From an uncultured delta proteobacterium (GTDB lineage: Bacteria; Desulfobacterota; Desulfuromonadia; Geobacterales; DSM-12255): a stretch of 64,000 nt of DNA. The first letter of the stretch is position 1; the number at the start of each line of letters is the position of its first letter. Below are positions 59,503 to 64,000 of the stretch, piece by piece. The stretch is taken from positions 160,001 to 224,000 of the forward strand of contig CAWBBV010000001.1 in the NCBI GenBank assembly GCA_963787125.1, given 5' to 3'. A program made the position numbers and the translations under genes. The notes below the pieces were generated by a model. It saw only the letters and a program-made list of their open reading frames with translations, was not told the DNA's origin and did not search any database.

Positions 59503-60774
59503 AACGGCGCTATGATAAATACTTCTGGGGCCAGCTTATCTGCGTTGTCCTTTTCGCCATACTGCTGGGCTGCCTGTATCGGCAGGCCTTCGCCGAGACC
59601 GTCTCAATCATCGTTGATGCCCCGTCGCAAGCTATCACCGTTCAGACCCAGTCAACAACCATCACTCCCGAAATCGTCACCGTCACCGCAGTGGTTAATG
59701 TTACCGGCACTGAAACGGTTGAGGTTGTTATTCCCGGCCCCCAGGGCATTGCCGGCGCAACAACAACCGGCACCGGCGGCGGTGGCACTTGGGGGAGCAT
59801 CACCGGTACGCTTAGCGATCAGACTGATCTGCAGGCAGCGCTGAATAGTATCGCCACTACTCCAGGATCACAAGGCCCCACTGGCCCCCAAGGGGTTCAA
59901 GGCCCGACTGGACCAACCGGCCCGACAGGTTCGACAGGTTTGACAGGTTTGACAGGTTTGACAGGCGCAACAGGTTCGCAGGGGATTCAAGGTGTCCAGG
60001 GCCAGAAAGGCTATGACGGTTATGATGGTTTAACTGGCCCAACCGGCCCGGCTGGAGCAGCAGGCGCAACTGGCGCGCCGGGAGCAGCCGGCACTAATGG
60101 CACCAACGGCACCAACGGCACCAACGGTACCAACGGCACGAACGGTGTTGACGGCAAAACCGTCAGCTGCGCCATAACCGGCGGTATCCGCTCAATTCTC
60201 TATGACAAAACGGCAGCAACCCCGCCCCGGCCATGGTTGCTTTCGGTGTTGAAATGCGTGTCGACGGTACGGTTGTAACACCGACCTGCAGCTGGAGTGT
60301 CCCCGCCTCCGGGTCGCTACTCTCCGGCTCATCTGCAGCCTGAGTTTCACCCCGACGGTCAACGGTACCTTCACCGTCTCGGCTGATGACCGCGTCGATG
60401 TCGCCGTGACATACTCCGGGATTACCTGCAATGCCACCGCGCCGATTCCAACCACGAAAATCGGAGCTGACGGTGCCCAGGGCTCTCCGGACACCAAACA
60501 GCAGATTTACACCAAGATCAACGTCGCCACTACCGGCGATGTGCTCAATACCCAGGCGGGCAGTGGTGATGTCGACAGCTTCGCTTTTCGTACTATCCGG
60601 GCGAAGGGGGGAGATATCCATAGAGCCGATCTTGCCGTCGGTCAGACCTGGTATTACGCCCGGCCAACCGATGCCGCCACCGCAGCAAAGTGGGGGATTA
60701 AAACCTCAGGAGGAACACCACTTATACAATTTAATGCCGATGGCTCATTTACTGGCACTCTGGTGATCCGGTGA
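59499..60774 (+). CDS. Collagen-like fibre protein with signal peptide; frameshifts near 60210 and 60340
   Basis: Hydrophobic N-terminus ending [17 protein letters not shown] motif; about 30 Gly-X-Y triplets including a (GTN)n run. Confidence 0.7.
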
Positions 60775-61085
60775 AAGGCGCCTTCGATTCTCTTGACGCT
60801 GATCAGCGCTTTGACCGCCGCTATAACATGGCTATTAATGTCTGGCTGATCTGCTGGGCCATTATTATTGCCGCCATAGTTCTCTGGGCCGCACTGGCAA
60901 AAGCCTCAACCTGCATCCCCTCCGGGGTGGGATATGTCAGGCAGCACCGTCCTAACGGCTACACGCCGATTTATGATCCCAGTGGTGACCCCCGCTGCAA
61001 CCCTTATGCACGGGAAACATTGGCCAGCAATACCCCACTCTGCTTTCAGTGCCACCCACACAAATACGAGCCCTGGAGAGTTTGA
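60771..61085 (+). CDS. Membrane-anchored or exported protein with a CxxCH motif
   Basis: Hydrophobic helix ending AKA; CFQCH near the C-terminus. Confidence 0.6.
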   Translation: MKGAFDSLDADQRFDRRYNMAINVWLICWAIIIAAIVLWAALAKASTCIPSGVGYVRQHRPNGYTPIYDPSGDPRCNPYARETLASNTPLCFQCHPHKYEPWRV

Positions 61086-61720
61086 TGAAAAAATACCTGT
61101 TGCTGCCACTGCTGCTGGTCCTGACAACCTGTGACCTGTGCCACGCCGGTTACAGTATCTACACCGCCCCGCTGATTCCCGAGTTCGCCACCGTCAACGG
61201 CCCCTACGGACCGGAAAGCTGGCCGAACTTTGAAACGGCAACGGTCCCGGCAGCCTATGGCCGGGAGGTCTGCCGCCCGGACAATTACAGCCCCTTTGTC
61301 GTTGAGCCACTGCGCCGTCAGCGCGTTTTTGAAAATCCCAACGGCACTGCAACAAGTGTCGATCTCTTCAAAGCCTGTCCGGGGATCCGGACGGCAAAGG
61401 AGCGTGAAATACGCTCCGGCGGATCGATACGCCTGAACGCTCTGGCCAATCCCTACAGCGCCGAGGAACGGGAGAGTTGGGCGCAGCAGCAAGATGAAGC
61501 GAAAGAATACCAGGCAAACCCCGCGTGCGAATGTGCCTTGATCCGGGCCATGGCTGGAGGCCGTGGCATCCCGCTTAATCTAATGGCCAGTAAAATCCTT
61601 GAGAACGCCGCCCTCTTCAAGGCCGTGTCCGGACAGATCCTCGGCGCCCAGCAGCGACTCCTGGACAAACTTGCCGCTGAAACCGATTTTGCCACACTGC
61701 TGGCAATTGGCTGGCCATAA
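61085..61720 (+). CDS. Tail-fibre-assembly-like protein with N-terminal signal peptide
   Basis: MKKYLLLPLLLVLTTCDLCHA; C-terminal Y...ER.SW..Q..EA..Y...A..RGI....A.KI..NA......G.I.G..Q...I.W. Confidence 0.7.
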   Translation: MKKYLLLPLLLVLTTCDLCHAGYSIYTAPLIPEFATVNGPYGPESWPNFETATVPAAYGREVCRPDNYSPFVVEPLRRQRVFENPNGTATSVDLFKACPGIRTAKEREIRSGGSIRLNALANPYSAEERESWAQQQDEAKEYQANPACECALIRAMAGGRGIPLNLMASKILENAALFKAVSGQILGAQQRLLDKLAAETDFATLLAIGWP

Positions 61721-61933
61721 ATGGCCGATGATATCGATCTCGCCCAGCGCCAGGATGAACTCTTTCGGGAGATGGCGCTACAGGGACAGCGCCGCTCAAG
61801 CCCAGTTCGCGGCAGTCTCAGCGAGTGCTGCATCTGTGGTGAGGATATCCCTTTAGCACGGCAGCTGGCAGCGCCGGGCTGCTGTAAATGTATTGTCTGT
61901 CAGACTGAGTATGAATCTATGCATGGCAAATAA
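61721..61933 (+). CDS. TraR/DksA C4 zinc-finger protein
   Basis: D.ID.AQ, C..CGEDIP.AR..A.PGC..C..CQ. Confidence 0.9.
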   Translation: MADDIDLAQRQDELFREMALQGQRRSSPVRGSLSECCICGEDIPLARQLAAPGCCKCIVCQTEYESMHGK

Positions 61934-61943
61934 CGGGGGATTT

Positions 61944-62387
61944 GTGGATTACGCCAGATACCAGTTTTACCTCAACTTGATGCTCGGCCTCTTTAATACC
62001 TTTATGCTCATCGGTGGCCTCATCTCCATGCGCAAGAAAGCCGCCAAGGAGCAGATCGAAGAACAGAATCGCCGTATCGACGGCATGGAGAAGCGGCTGG
62101 AAAACGTTCCTGCCAACTGTTGCAGCCACTCAAAAACAGAAGAGCGGATTGACGGCCATAACAATCGCCTCCAGCAGCATAAAGAGCTGTTAAACATCGT
62201 TGAAAACGATCTTAAACACCTCCCCAAGAACGCTGATATCGAAAAACTTCATGAAAAGGTCAACAAGGTCTCGGCGCAGGTTGCCGACCTCAAAGCCGAT
62301 ATCCGCCAGATCGCCGGGGCGATGCCGGGCATAACCCACATCACTGAAATGATGAATGAATTCCTGCTGAACAACGGAGGCAAGTAA
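61944..62387 (+). CDS. DUF2730-like (Mu gp25-like) membrane coiled-coil protein
   Basis: N-terminal TM, coiled coil, E.DL.HLP...D. Confidence 0.7.
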   Translation: MDYARYQFYLNLMLGLFNTFMLIGGLISMRKKAAKEQIEEQNRRIDGMEKRLENVPANCCSHSKTEERIDGHNNRLQQHKELLNIVENDLKHLPKNADIEKLHEKVNKVSAQVADLKADIRQIAGAMPGITHITEMMNEFLLNNGGK

Positions 62388-62698
62388 TGAGCAGCAAATT
62401 CGCCGAGCTGATGACGACCGATATCCGCCTGGTAATTCTCAAAGCGCTGGCTGAGGATCTTGGTTACAGCCATAACGAAAGTATCCTCCACAGTATCCTT
62501 GCTGAATTCGGCCACCAGGTCAGCCGCGATCGCGTCCGGACAGAACTGTCATGGCTCTCGGAGCAGGGGCTCTTAACGCTCAAGGATGTCGCCGGCTGTT
62601 TTATTGCCACCGTCACCGAGCGCGGCGCCGATGTTGCCGCCGGTACTGCCAGCGTCCCCGGCGTCAAGCGCCCCGGACCAAGACCCCTCGGGGCCTAA
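62387..62698 (+). CDS. Mu gp26-like winged-helix protein
   Basis: RLVIL..L....GYS.NES, SRD.VRTEL.WL.EQGL, T.RG.DVA.G...VPGVKRP. Confidence 0.85.
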   Translation: MSSKFAELMTTDIRLVILKALAEDLGYSHNESILHSILAEFGHQVSRDRVRTELSWLSEQGLLTLKDVAGCFIATVTERGADVAAGTASVPGVKRPGPRPLGA

Positions 62699-62709
62699 AG
62701 GAGCTGACC

Positions 62710-63273
62710 ATGGCGCAAGCATCCACCATCGATCTGCTCCCCCCGGAAATTAAGGCTCAGCTGCAGCAGCTGCTCCAGGATCCCCGCTGCACCCAGCTGC
62801 AGGTGACCGCCAAGATTAACGCCCTCCTTGAAGCCGAAGGCCATGAAGAGCGACTCTCGAAAAGCGCCGTTAACCGCTATGCCGTGAGAATGAATGAGGT
62901 CGGTGAAGAGCTGAGGCAGAGCCGGGAAGTGGCGGACATGTGGGTCGGCAAACTCGGCGCGGCTCCCGAGGGCAACGTGGGACTGCTGGCCATCGAGATT
63001 ATCCGGACTATGAGTTTTGAGCTGGCCATGATGATCAAGCGCGGCGGCATGGATCCGGAGAACGCTCCTGAAACCATCAAAATGGTCAAGGAGCTGGCGC
63101 TTACCTGTATGCGCCTGGAGAAATCGGCCTTTGATAACATGAAGCGGGAAACGGAGACTCGCAAGCAGGCGCTGGAGGCAGCCGCTAAAACAGCGTCGGA
63201 AACAGCTCGCAAAGCCGGTGTATCCGAGGAAACCATTGAAACCATCTGGCGTGATGTATTGAGGATGCAGTGA
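62710..63273 (+). CDS. DUF3486 (Mu gp27-like small terminase subunit)
   Basis: S.IDLLP.EI..QL, SKSAVNRY, G.S.ET..IW..VL. Confidence 0.85.
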   Translation: MAQASTIDLLPPEIKAQLQQLLQDPRCTQLQVTAKINALLEAEGHEERLSKSAVNRYAVRMNEVGEELRQSREVADMWVGKLGAAPEGNVGLLAIEIIRTMSFELAMMIKRGGMDPENAPETIKMVKELALTCMRLEKSAFDNMKRETETRKQALEAAAKTASETARKAGVSEETIETIWRDVLRMQ

Positions 63274-64000
63274 GAATAGTCAAAGCCAAAATGCTACCGC
63301 CCAACCCGGACGGCCTGTTTCTCCCCTACCAGGAACGGTGGATCAAGGATAAAAGCCGCCTCAAGCTGATGGAGAAATCCCGGCAAATCGGCTTGTCCTG
63401 GTCAACCGCCTATCCCTGCATAGAGCGTACTGCCAAGCAGGGGGCCAAGTGGGACCAGTGGGTTTCCAGCCGTGACGAGATCCAGTCAAAACTGTTTCTT
63501 CTGGATTGCAAGATGTGGGCACAGCTATTCAATCTGGCGGCCCATGATCTGGGGGAAGTTGTTCTCGACGCGAAAAAGAAGATCTCAGCGCAAGTGCTCA
63601 CATTTGACACCGGCAAATCTATCTACTCCATGAGTTCCAATCCGGACGCCCAGGCCGGCAAGCGTGGCGGCCGTGTCCTGGACGAATTTGCCTTAGGGAA
63701 CGATCCCCGCATGATGTGGTCAATCGCTTATCCCGGTCTCACCTGGGGCGGCAGTATGGAAGTCATCTCCACCCACCGCGGCAGCAATAACTTTTTTAAT
63801 CTGCTAATCCGGGAGATCCTCGAAAAGCATAACCCGAAGCGGATCAGTCACCATAAAATCACCCTGCAAACCGCCCTGGAGCAAGGTTTCCTCTATAAGC
63901 TCCAGCAGTCTCTTCCGGAAGACGCTGAACAGCAGGAGATGAATGAAGCCGAGTATTTCGACTTCATCAAGAACGGCTGCGCCGATGAAGAGTCGTTTCT
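63270..64000 (+). CDS. Terminase large subunit (Mu gp28-like), truncated at the window end
   Basis: Open frame FLPYQERWIKDKSRLKLMEKSRQIGLSW...SSNPDAQAGKRGGRVLDEFA...ISTHRG; not in the ORF track because it has no stop in the window. Confidence 0.92.
   Translation, partial: MRIVKAKMLPPNPDGLFLPYQERWIKDKSRLKLMEKSRQIGLSWSTAYPCIERTAKQGAKWDQWVSSRDEIQSKLFLLDCKMWAQLFNLAAHDLGEVVLDAKKKISAQVLTFDTGKSIYSMSSNPDAQAGKRGGRVLDEFALGNDPRMMWSIAYPGLTWGGSMEVISTHRGSNNFFNLLIREILEKHNPKRISHHKITLQTALEQGFLYKLQQSLPEDAEQQEMNEAEYFDFIKNGCADEESF

Larger units (their letters stand above)
46667..64000 (+). mobile_element. Mu-like transposable prophage (left portion; continues beyond the window)
   Basis: Repressor/Ner-like divergent pair, DDE transposase plus AAA ATPase, DUF3164, GemA, Mor, lysis genes, DksA finger, DUF2730, DUF3486, Mu gp28-type terminase; left boundary inferred. 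Confidence 0.92.

Noticed and set aside
59860..60150. 9-bp periodic repeats as a possible CRISPR array or DGR
   Set aside because: Collagen Gly-X-Y coding repeats with no spacers; no CRISPR array, reverse transcriptase, tRNA or rRNA gene was recognised in the window

Overview
This is a 64-kb bacterial chromosomal segment whose gene content points to Geobacteraceae/Desulfuromonadales (inference). Positions ~1-46.6 kb are host DNA: moaD-like plus aldehyde:ferredoxin oxidoreductase, larC-pgpA-cinA-recA-pilT-recX-alaS, trxA, glnS, hemY, a CIRCE-controlled groES-groEL, a U32 family protein, two hybrid kinases, DAHP synthase, an ABC-F ATPase and a tri-heme cytochrome c. Two accessory islands lie within it. 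(i) A Type I restriction-modification locus (14.5-20.9 kb) has a half-size HsdS, a DUF559 nuclease bracketed by long GC-rich palindromic repeats, and a PIN toxin-antitoxin pair. (ii) A minus-strand probable copper-acquisition island (24.5-33.2 kb) has an OprC-like TonB-dependent receptor, TonB, two paralogous Met/Cys-rich lipoproteins, two NosL proteins, a 12-Cys periplasmic protein and two Cys-rich ORFs ending in DPPDPPP that may act as leaders. From ~46.67 kb to the window end lies the left part of a Mu-like transposable prophage (repressor, MuA, MuB, GemA, Mor, lysis genes, terminase). It carries about a dozen apparent frameshifts and an unusual module of signal-peptide-bearing fibre-like proteins. 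Elements missed by the ORF track include a Phe/Tyr/Trp-rich attenuator leader upstream of DAHP synthase, a 20-aa stand-alone sORF, an ERIC-like palindromic element, the probable phage left end, operator arrays and a late promoter. All family assignments come from motif recognition, not database searches.
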